In this document: positions 51,291-64,000 of the stretch, one piece after another
Numbering within the stretch: position 1 is the first letter of the stretch
Layout of the letters: every line of letters begins with the position of its first letter
From: the human T2T-CHM13v2.0 reference genome, Homo sapiens
Strand: one strand, 5' to 3'
DNA length: 64,000 nt
NCBI RefSeq assembly: GCF_009914755.1
Contig: NC_060945.1
The notes under the pieces: generated by a model
What the model saw: only the letters and a program-made list of their open reading frames with translations
The model's database searches: none
What the model was told of the DNA's origin: nothing
Position numbers and translations under genes: made by a program

Positions 51291-51334
<44 letters not shown>

Positions 51335-51347
51335 CACACACACACAC
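51291..51347. repeat. (CA)n microsatellite
   Basis: CA run with one TG interruption. Confidence 0.98.
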
Positions 51348-54300
51348 CATATTATGGAAAGATAATGTTCTCTTGTTCTAAATCACAAACCAATAAAATA
51401 TTCGTATTCTATTTCAAGCCATACTCATACTTTAACCTAGTCCTTGCACAAGTACAAATACTCCCTCCTTTTTTTTTTTTTTTTACAGAAATTCACATTT
51501 CAGTCTGTCACTGAAATGGGCTGTCAAAAGGCTAGCCCATTTTCTTAATCTAGTTCCTATACAATATACAAATACTGTTTTTTTCCTGAATGCGCATTTC
51601 AGTCAGCTGAGCCTATTTCATTGATATAAATAATTAGGTAGCGGAAACATCTTTTTGAGATGTTTATACATCAACAGAAGTCTCCATTATCCTTTATTTA
51701 TGACCTAAGGGGATAAAAATATGAATCCAAAATTCGTAGGAATACAAAATGGCTGACTCATGCTTCTTGCAAAATGTATGCTTTCCATATGACCATTAAG
51801 AAATAGTGGCTCTACCCCTAGGTCTCTACCGCTATTTCTCTCCTCTCTATCTCTTCGAGCTTACTTACCCTTGTACTCATTCTTCCTTAAAATTCCTTTT
51901 CGTATGCTAGATGTTGATTCATCTCTTGCCATTTTCTACTTAATTCTTGCCTCCCAATAGATGTTACATTCAGAAAAAACATATTTCAGTTACAGAAACA
52001 TGCAACTCTTTCTTACCTAAACATTTTTTTCACTTCAACCACCCTATTCCTTTTTATTTTCCTTTAAAGATTAACATATTTGAGAAACCATCTCTTAAAC
52101 TGTCTCATTTTGGGTTAGGTGGAGGATTTCTAGATAAAACTCAAGACACATAGTAAAATTTGAATTTCAGATAAACAATAATTTTTTAGTATATTACAAA
52201 CAGTGCATGGGTGTGTTTTTTGTGGATATTCAGGGGAGGGGGGTGGAGAGAGGAAAATTTCCCACAATGAATGTAAACTTGTGAGCAGGATAGACCCTAT
52301 GAAGTATAAAATTAGCTCAATGTGAATTAACTTGTATTGCAATACAATGGCATTTCCAAATACAACTTGTATCTACAAAGTGATTTGATATTTTCTGACC
52401 ATGAAAGTTTGGGCACTTAAGCCGTAATTTTGAGAAAAAAATGTATTATATCCTTTCCATTCTGTGAAGTCTGTTTTGAATTTTATTTATGAATGATCTG
52501 ACCAAGTCATACCATTTTCTAGTACAGAAAACTGCTTTCTTGTAGGTTTACTAATAACTAAAAACAGGGCATTTTACTGCTACTGCTAAGTATGATATCT
52601 CACTCTTGCTATGTATTCAGAATGAGTACAGAATCATTTAATCAAAGAGTAAGGTAATATCCACTGAGAAGTTGATGAAACCCTCACATTGTTTGAGGAA
52701 CAGTTTTAATTCACTCAAATTGACATCTGTAACTGATAATCACAGGGCATAATAAAACATTAAAAAAAAATTAACCCTGGTGTTTGCCATTCAGTAATAT
52801 AACAGCATCTAGTTCCCTATCAGTATCATTAAATTCAAATAAAATACAAACTAATATTCACTTCAACCTATTTTCTACAGTGAATATTTGAAATATTTTC
52901 TTTAAAAAGCTAAATGTAGTGATAAATCAGATTACAACACTGTAAATTCTTTATGTTATCTTTAAAAAGCTTGCATATGTTTCACAGATATTTATTACAC
53001 ATATATACACATAAGAAAGATGTTTTAATGGAGGAAAAAGTTTAAATAATTTGATGTCAACCTAATAAAATATCATTAATTGTATGGGTGTTCACCTCTG
53101 GCTGGGGGCATAAGGCTCCAGATGATTTTAATGTTCTTCCTTGCTGAGCAACATTTTCTAGATAGTCTGTAATCAACACATTTTTAGCCAGTAATAAGAA
53201 ACATATTTCTTAAAATAGTTTAAAAAATATTTTACCTTTTATTACTCATATCATTTGCCAGAGGCCCAAATACATATAGATCCTATTGAGCTGTCTGTGC
53301 TTAGGAAACCGAGAATGTGAAACCTGCTGGATGATGAAATAGCAGGGAAAGCAATAATTTATTTCCTAACAAGCTATATATAAGTCACTTCTTGAGTGAA
53401 GAATAGGTCAATTGTACTTTGTTTGGAATTGTTATTTATGTTTTCAAGTGAATATGTTTAACATTTCCCCAGAGTCCCTTTCTGTAGTTCTTAATGATTT
53501 CAGCTATTTATTAGCATATGCTCCCAGGCTAAACCAAAATATTCCAGGGGATGAATTTCTCAGTTTTGTAAAAAAAGTGGATTTGTGCAAGAAAACACTG
53601 CCCTCAAGCCTCTGTGCTGAGAAATTAATCTCTACAAACATAGAGAAATCCCCATTGTTCAAACAAGTTCTTAGGGCACAAAACATGGAAAATAACCTGA
53701 ACTTCGTCATCACCACTAGAATATTTTTCTATGTTTATCTGTTGAAAATTACATAGCATGTCTAATAGGACACTTTCTAAATCTGTGAAATACTATGCAA
53801 CTTTAAATGAAGCCACTTTTACTCTGATGAACTGCCACATGGCAAAGCAAGGACATAAAAATCCATTCAAATAGGTGTTATAAAACAGATTTATTAAAGA
53901 ATGTATTACTAAAAAATGTAATACCAAGGGACAAACAGGCATACACAGATATTGAAATATAATTAAAATTATTACTGTATAGTCCTATTAAATATATGAC
54001 AATTGCAAAATACTCAACAAATACAATATTTATAGGCACATTTTTTGTAACGATTATATACACTCACATTTTAGTACTCTCTCATATTTCACTGTGATTA
54101 TAAATAGAACTACTCAAATATATTTGTTTCTTCCAAACCAGTTGTTAAGGCTAAAATGAGACACAAAATAAATGATCGGAATAAAAATATCAAAGTCCCT
54201 TTTATATTCATTAGAAATTGTTTTCCTTGCTGTCACCCAAAGTTTCACACATATCTCAGAAGTTGAATAATGGGTTTGTTAGAATTCTGTCCTCTAAATA

Positions 54301-54429
54301 AGAGTCCTCTACCTTTACTTACATACAATGCAAGGTAGGTCAAAAATCTCTCTTCTTTAGAACACAATCATATTGAACAAAAGTTCTATATACTCTGTTA
54401 CTATTTGCTTATCTTCCACTTACTTTCAG

Positions 54430-55260
54430 TTTATTTTAACCACTCACATCCCACGACTACACTGAGACCCCTTCTTTTATGATCATGGATTAATTTCTTG
54501 TTAAAAAAACTCTCTGAGCCTTGCTTAATTGCTGGAAACATCTGAAACTTCCTCCCCTTTGATCTATTTGACATTCTTAATTACCATCAGGACTGTTTAA
54601 CTAGGCCTTTCTCATTCCTCAGTCAAGATTTCCCTTACCTTAAGTGCTGGGCTTCTCAGACGTCTGACTTCATGCTGTGTTCTTCCCACTCCACACATGC
54701 ATCCTTGGCAATTATACTAATGGCTTCACTATTTATAGTATTTGGAGGTAGGTCCATATTTAGGTCACTACTTTGAATCATCCTCTCCATTTCTGAAGGT
54801 TTATTTTCTGGATAGTTCCACAAAGAATTTTCATCAGGCAGCTTATACTCCGTATGTTGAAAGTGGTCTGTCTCCTCTTCAATTCACAAACTAACGCAGT
54901 CAGTGACTCGATTTCAGCCGGTTGCAGAAACCAGTATTCTGAAGGAATCTTTGACTCTTCGATCTCTCCAGACACAGTGAACTACCAAGTCCTCTCAATT
55001 TAACTTTCCGAATATTTCTTGAGTTTGCACTCTTCTCTAGTCCACTGATGCCATCTCAGTCAAGGCAAACATTATTTCTTGTCTAGATGATGGCTAACAA
55101 AACTCCCTCCAACTTATCCTTCACATAGCATCGAAATGCATAGTTGATCATGAGATGCCATGGCTTGAAACTTTTAAAGAAACTTCTCATTGTGCTTTAA
55201 AAAAATCTACTTGATATTATGTAAAAGCTATCTATGATATGGTTCATTGCTCATGCCTTT
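54430..55260 (+). mobile_element. Degraded L2
   Basis: gaatctttgactcttc...accaagtcct...cattatttcttgtctagatgat...tgatcatgagatgcc is L2-like. Confidence 0.6.
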
Positions 55261-55277
55261 ACCTAAAGAATCCCTTA

Positions 55278-56062
55278 ATTAAATTCCTTGCAGAAATTAT
55301 GTATATTATATGTATATATATAAAATGTATGTGTGTCTATATACATTTATATGTAATGTGTGTGTAAACATATACACACATTATATATAAATACGTATGT
55401 GTATCTACAGACATATATATTAAATTCCTTGCAGTAAATATATAATGCATTATATATCAATTAATTATAATAATATATACATTACACATTTAATTTACAT
55501 ATGTATTACGTATATGTAATGTAATTATATATAATTTTATATATATTACATATAATTATAATTATATATAGATCTTATATATAATCATATATTATATAAT
55601 GCATATAATTATATAATGTAATATACAGTATATATAATTATATATTATATGTAATATATTATGCATATAATTGCTATAATGCAGCTCCAATATTTTCCAA
55701 TATGATAAGGCCAAATTGTGTATAATTCTGGTTTTAATTTTTATTTTCCTATTAATGAAGTTAAGCATTTTCACATAAATCTTTATGACACATATATAAT
55801 ATGTGTATATATATGTGTATATATTATATATAAATTTATATATACACATATATGCACATATATACACTTATATACATATATACACACATATAAACATATA
55901 TACACATATATACATATATACACGTAAATTTATATATATACACATACATATTTTAAATCTGAAGTTGAAATATATATGTGTATATATATTTAAATTTATA
56001 TATGTGTATATATATTTAAATTTATATATATATACACATATACATATTTTAAATCGAAGTTG
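55278..56062. repeat. TA/TG/CA low-complexity array with embedded duplicated segments
   Basis: Very AT-rich dinucleotide runs; see findings. Confidence 0.93.
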
Positions 56063-56559
56063 CAAACTTATCTCAGTTCTCATATATTAAAGTACCAATC
56101 AGCTTAGTACCAGAGGCATATGGGTCTAGTTATATTACTATTATCATCACCATCATCATCATTTTTTTTTCCATGATGAGCCTTAAGCCATGTGAAACTC
56201 ATGGGCACAAAAGGTAAAACTTTAATTGACTATTACCATGCTCACCACTTTTAAAACTTTATCTAGACTTTTTAAAAAATATGTCCTAAATTTGCAAAGT
56301 GTTTGAAGGATTTTCTTTTTCAGTTTGAGCCAGAACCTTATAAAAGACTGGTTATAATCTAACTACAGCTAGGAGAGATACATTTCACTGACACTGCCAG
56401 CATCTTCTATGCGATGATTCATTTCCACAACTGAAGAAAACACTAACCTATGAATCTTGGGTTTTTTTCTTAATAAATCAGTTCCTAATTATCCCTCTCA
56501 TCTTTGATCTTCTATGTAAAGCACTATGTTCTCCTTTCTTTTACATTTTGATCAAAATA

Positions 56560-58396
<1,837 letters not shown>

Positions 58397-58399
58397 GAA

Positions 58400-58745
58400 G
58401 GATACTTCACCTATGTTATTATTCTCTAAAAGTATAATTGTGAGATTTGTCCTCAGACTAATTTTAAGAAAATAAGCAGTCCACAGATGAATTTTAAGAA
58501 AACATCAGAGCAACTCAAATTGAGAAACACTTTACAGAATACCTGACCAGTACTCCTCAAAACTGTGAAGGGTATAAAAACAAAAAAGACTAAGAAATAG
58601 TCACAGACCAGATAAGATTAAGGGGGCATCACAGTAAAATGAAATGTGGCATCCTGAACTCAGTTCTGGGATAGTGAAAGAACATTAGTGGAAAAACTTG
58701 TGAAATCAAAGAATAGGAGTTCAGTTAATGGTAATGTACTAATGA
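58400..58745 (+). mobile_element. L1MC-type 3' UTR fragment
   Basis: aaacatcagagcaactcaaattgagaaacactttacagaatacctgaccagtactcctcaaaactgt. Confidence 0.75.
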
Positions 58746-58748
58746 TGG

Positions 58749-59364
58749 TGTCAACCTAAAAGTGCCTGAGACAGGTCTCAATCAATTTAGAGGTTTATTT
58801 TTCCAAGATTGAGGATGTGACCAGGGAAAGAGACAAAATTTACAGTGGGATCTGTGGGATGCACTTTTTCCAAAAAGAGTTTTAAGGAGCTCAATATTTA
58901 AATGGGAAAGAGCAGCAGGAAGGCAAAGAGGGAAGAAAAATGGAGAGAAGGGTAGGTAGTGAGGTCAGCAAATACATTCTTGAGAGGCTTTGATTAATGC
59001 TCACTGAATCCACATTTTACATGTTTCTCAATTTAAGATTCTGTGATGTTTTTCTTAAAATTGGTCTGAAGAATTATGATTTTTGTAAAATTTAGTCTGG
59101 GGACTAATTCTTATAATTATTATTTTGGGGAAGAATAATGTGTAATTTCACATGTGAAAAGAAAGAAGTGGGGGAATAAGTTAATTATGCATTCATCTAG
59201 CACTCGATAGGTCTACATTTTACATAAGATAAAATAAGTATGTGTAATTACAGCTATCTGTTGAAAAAAGGAACTCAGTTTTTTTTCGATGACTCAGTCC
59301 CTTAGCTTAACTTTTACCTTTGGAATGGTGACTTTGGGGTCCTGAGATTTTATTTTTTTTCACA
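58749..59364 (-). mobile_element. MER4-group solo LTR with an internal foreign insert
   Basis: TG...CA termini, ctgagacaggtctcaatcaatttagaggtttattt; 4-bp TSD ATGG at 58745-58748 and 59365-59368. Confidence 0.87.
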
Positions 59365-59429
59365 ATGGTTTCTTAGTTGTGACAATTTTAATATAGTTAT
59401 TATTTTAGAAACACGGAAAAATCTTGCCT

Positions 59430-60595
59430 TCAGGAGCTGACAAGCACAGGAGGGAGGCCAAGGAGGGCTGAGGGCCACTCAGTGCTTGCCTGAAGGCACC
59501 TCTTGGCATGACCAGCCTGGGTGCCACGAACTGCAGCAGGAGGCAGACAGGCTCCTGGGTGGGAAGGGGTGGGTCCCCAATGAAGCCCCATCTTCAAGCA
59601 ACGGAAGGCCTGAATTCTGGGGACTGGGCTGCCAGCTCGGTGGACCAGAGTGGGAACTTATAGTGCTTTATCTGAGCCCACCCATGGCCACTCATGGACC
59701 AATCAGCATGCACTTCCTCTCCTCTGAAGCATATAAAAATCCCCAAACTTAGCCAGGCTCAAAAAGAGAAAGGATGACCAACTGTTGAGAGGAGCTATCC
59801 ACTCCAGGGTCTCCTCTCTGCTCAAAGCTGAGAGGATGACAGGACAACCTGCCTGCAGAGAGGAGCTACCCACTCCAGTGTCTCCTCTCTAATGAGAGCG
59901 GGACACTCATCAGGACACCCTGGCTGCAGAGAAAAATCTACCTACTGTGGGTCTCCTCTGAGCTGTTCTATCACTCAATAAATCTCCTTTTTACCTTGCT
60001 CACCCTCCTTTTGTCCATGTGCCTCATTCTTCCTAGGCACAGGACAAGAACTCAGGACTCACTGAATGGGGGCGCTAAAAGAGCGCAACACAAACAGGGT
60101 TGAAATATGCCCCTTGGTCACCATGTTGCAGATGACAAGAAGGAGAGAAGAGCTATGGCCCTTTGAGGAGCCCAGACTTAACGAGTTCCCTGAGCCAGGG
60201 CTGTGATACCCTCTTGGGGCTCCAAGGCATCTCCAAGCTTCTGGGTGTCTCCAAGCTTCCAGGTGCCACCGCCTTCCCCAGTGCCAGCTGTGGAAGCTGC
60301 TTGCTCTATTCCTGGTCCAGCTGAAGCCTCACAGGGAGCTGGTGCCCATGCCACTGCAGCCAGCACGCTTGGCTGTGCACAGTGGCCAGACCCACGCTTG
60401 CTTGCTCACACATGCTTGCTTGCCCTTACCGCTGTGCTCACCCTTGGATGCATAGGATCCAGGCCAGTAACGTGAGCTGAGCACAGCCTTCCAGGCCAAG
60501 TGAGCCCAGTGGGCCTGAGCAAAACTTGGGCACAGGTGCCACTGGCCACAGAGGTTTCTGGCTGGTGAAGTTGACATCCCAAGGATCCTGTAACA
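59430..60595 (+). mobile_element. MER52 LTR, 3' part
   Basis: ggagggaggccaagg...ggaccaatcagcatgcacttcctc...caataaa...ccaaggatcctgtaaca terminus. Confidence 0.87.
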
Positions 60596-60730
60596 CTTCC
60601 TATTACATTATATTAGTAGGTATATGGTATTAGCCATATTAAATCAATGTGATGTAGGCATCTTGCCAGAAAGTATTTACTATCTTAATGGCATGCTACA
60701 AACACATCACAATTCACTAATTAATTGAAA

Positions 60731-61490
<760 letters not shown>

Positions 61491-62246
61491 AGATATCTGC
61501 TTTTTGAAAATATCCTTTACTTGGATAATGATGCTTGAAATTGCTGACTGCTGAAAATTAATTAGCTTTTGGGCCATCAGAGCAAGTGGGAATGTAATTG
61601 AGTTCTGTATAGACCAGGGTGTTTCTAAAAGTGTCTTCTTAGGAGAGTTCTAAGGAGACATTTTTTTTTCTCCTCTTTCCATCGAGCACAATAGGTAAAA
61701 CACACAAGTTTCTCTGCCGTTTCTCTTTGTATGAAGGGCTTATTTACCCTGAAGTTTCAACACTCAAGGGCCTCCGCTTGATGCAAAGACCCGAGGCTCT
61801 GTTTCCTTTCCCCACATGGCCACTGAAACAATGCCTCCAATGACTGGGTGAGGCTCACACCCTCAGGGCAGCCCCTGGCACCAGTAACTTCCTATCTCTC
61901 TGGAGTCCTTTGTCTCATGCTGGCCGGATATTACTAGGTCATCCATATGTTTAAAAATTCATTAAAATATATTTTATTCAGCACTTAAATTTTTTTTCTG
62001 TGTTAGAATTATTTTAGGATCTGCTGTTTGCTATGCTTTCTGTTTTTACACGTAATTTCTTCTCAATATTTTCTTTACACCTTCCATGATCCATCTCTTT
62101 CAAAAGATGGTTTAATAATTTATTTTTAGTATCTATTTTGACATGTTACCTTGCTCATGTTTAAGGTTTTCCATTAATTACTCAAAGAAAGATAAAGTAG
62201 GGTAAACAGTGAATAAGAACAGAGAAAATGGGATTGATACCAGCTA

Positions 62247-62352
62247 CAGGTTGAGCATTACCAATCTGGAAATTCATAATTTGAAATATTCCTAATTCTG
62301 AAATTTTCTGAGCACCAACATGATACCACGGGTGGAAAATTCTACCCCTAAC
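62247..62352. mobile_element. Tigger4/MER46 terminal fragment, interrupted by HERV-W
   Basis: ta|caggttgagcattaccaatctggaaattc...ctgagcaccaacatgataccac. Confidence 0.78.
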
Positions 62353-63132
62353 TCTTACCGGGGGTCCTTGCTCACAGAGCTCCTCAGATGGTGGCGAGCC
62401 ACTTCCAAGATGGTGGTAGGCCACTTCCAAGATGGTGGCTAGCCTCGTGTTCTCTGACCTGGGGTTCTTGGCCTCACAGATTCCAAGGAATGGAATCTTG
62501 GGCCGTGCGGTGAGTGTTATAGCTCTATTAGAAGCCATGGGTCATGGAAGAGAACCGTGGAACCCAGTGACTAGTGTTCAGCTCAATTAGGATGAACCTG
62601 GGCACTTAGCCGTGCAGGAACAACGGCAAGCCTTTAGCCCAATCAGGATTGGCAATGGGTGCCTCGCTGGTTCAGGAGCACAGCGGACAGCCTGCCGGAT
62701 CCGGAGGGATGGGAGTCAGTGGCAGGTCTGCGACAGCGGCAAACAGCAGTGGTGGAAAGCGAGCGAAAGCTCAGCTCGAGCCGTAACAAACATGGACCAG
62801 AAGAATGCAGTTGCAAGATTTAGTAGAGTGAAATAGAGTGAAAACAGAGCTCCCATACAAAGGCAGGGGACCCAAAGGGGGTTGCCGTTGCCAGCTTGAA
62901 TGCCTGGGTTTACATCCTGATCCTTGTCCCTCCTGCTGTGCTCTCAGGCAATAGATGATTGGCTATTTCTTTACCTCCTGTTTTTGCCTAATTAGCATTT
63001 TAGTGAGCTCTCTGACTGGTTGGGTGTGAGCTAAGTTGCGAGCCCCATGTTTAAAAGTGGATGCGGTCACCTTCCCAGCTAGGCTTAGGGATTCTTAGTC
63101 AGCCTAGGAAATCCAGCTAGTCCTGTCTCTCA
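62353..63132 (-). mobile_element. LTR17 (HERV-W 3' LTR), complete U3-R-U5
   Basis: The minus strand starts tgagagacaggactagctggatttcctaggc and ends gagcaaggacccccggtaa; purine-rich tract immediately upstream. Confidence 0.95.
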
Positions 63133-64000
63133 GTACCCGCCCTCAACAGGAAAACCCAAGTGCTGTTGGGGAGGTTGGCCAATGACAGCTCTAACTGCTT
63201 CCTGCTGAATTGGGGCATAGTAGGGGTTGGGCAGTTGTGATTTCCTTGGGAGGGGTGCCTTCGATGTCATTAATATCGGAGCATGGGCTAGCAGGCCAGT
63301 CTAGGGGCCCGCGGTGGATCTTAGTCATGGACTGCATCTGGGGCCCCATTTGAAGAACTATTTGTAGTTTTACAGTTTTGATTCTGGAAGAGACAAACTT
63401 AACAAGGAGGTTAAAGATACAGGGATTGAAATGTATGGCCTGCAGTGCAGGGGATTATTTCTTTGGCATACTTCACAGGCCCTGACTATCTGCTTGATAG
63501 TTTTGAAAAGGCCTGGTCCAGTAAATAATAATTTGGCCATCTGATGGGTGCTATCAATGCCTAAGTGGAAGGTTTGGTGATAAGTAATTTCTATTGGTTA
63601 GCTGCAGACAAAAGTATTTCTCCTTCTTCAGTGGCTAGCCATCTGGAGGGGAGGAAAGTATGTCCTTGTGAGGTTCCCTATTCTATTTTTCCTGCTGAAT
63701 GCTGGGGCTTGGTTTCCTGGAGGGGATTACCCTATACTAGGGGTCCTTCTATAAGCATTTCTAATGGAGGGTCCTGCCTTGCGGCTCTTTTGACTTGAGT
63801 ATCCGCTTGGTGGTTCCTTTCTATTTTCCTTTCTTTTCCTTTCTGATGACCTTGGCAGTGTAAGATTGTTACCTCTTTAGGTTTCTGTACAGCCAATAAT
63901 AATCTCCTAATGGCTTCCTGATGTTTGATACGTGTTCCTTCGGAAGTTAGGAATTCCTTTTCTCTCTACATTGTTGCATGGGCATGGAGGAGTAGGTAAG
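63133..64000 (-). pseudogene. HERV-W (HERV17) internal region: pol RNaseH/integrase N-terminus and env remnants, deleted and stop-ridden; continues past the right edge
   Basis: Manual minus-strand translation: HQEAIRRLLLAVQKPKEV..HCQGHQKG (RNaseH); HQMAKLLFTGPGLFKTIKQIVRACEVCQRNNP (IN zinc finger); VKLQIVLQMGPQMQSMTKIHRGPLDWPASPCSDINDIEGTPPKEITTAQPLLCPNSAGSS* (env tail, stop at 63191-63193). Confidence 0.93.

Noticed and set aside
53412-53756. 114-aa ORF in unique sequence
   Set aside because: TTG start, no recognisable motif or exon support; length is compatible with chance.
55592-56090. Ile/Tyr/His-rich ORFs on both strands
   Set aside because: Translation of TA/CA low-complexity repeats.
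63191-63424. Syncytin-like env gene
   Set aside because: Only the TM end and cytoplasmic tail remain; SU and the fusion region are deleted, and the tail lacks the ERVW-1 deletion.

Overview
Primate (human-like) AT-rich, apparently gene-poor genomic DNA, dominated by interspersed repeats. I recognise no host protein-coding exon, tRNA/rRNA or CRISPR array. The ORFs I could assign come from repeats or low-complexity DNA, and the remainder look like short chance ORFs. Contents: a 73-bp minisatellite; three full-length THE1 (MaLR) elements (two with clean 5-bp TSDs); several solo or partial LTRs (THE1A-, MST-, MLT-, MER21-, LTR8-, MER4- and MER52-like); L1 elements of several ages, including a twin-primed L1PA; Alus; Tigger, mariner and hAT MITEs; and, at the right edge, the 3' part of a deleted HERV-W provirus. 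The most unusual signals are structural scars that the repeat annotation does not explain. (1) A composite insertion at 11865-12066 is built from an inverted 179-bp copy of DNA 13 kb away, fused through 7-bp microhomology to a 30-bp copy of DNA 1.3 kb away. (2) A ~1.4-kb inversion splits a MER52 LTR; the LTR's TSD and the host L1 both reconstitute when the block is flipped. (3) Several further locally templated patches occur. I see no evidence of a new protein-coding system. Subfamily names come from recalled consensus sequences, not a database search, and boundaries of old elements are approximate.
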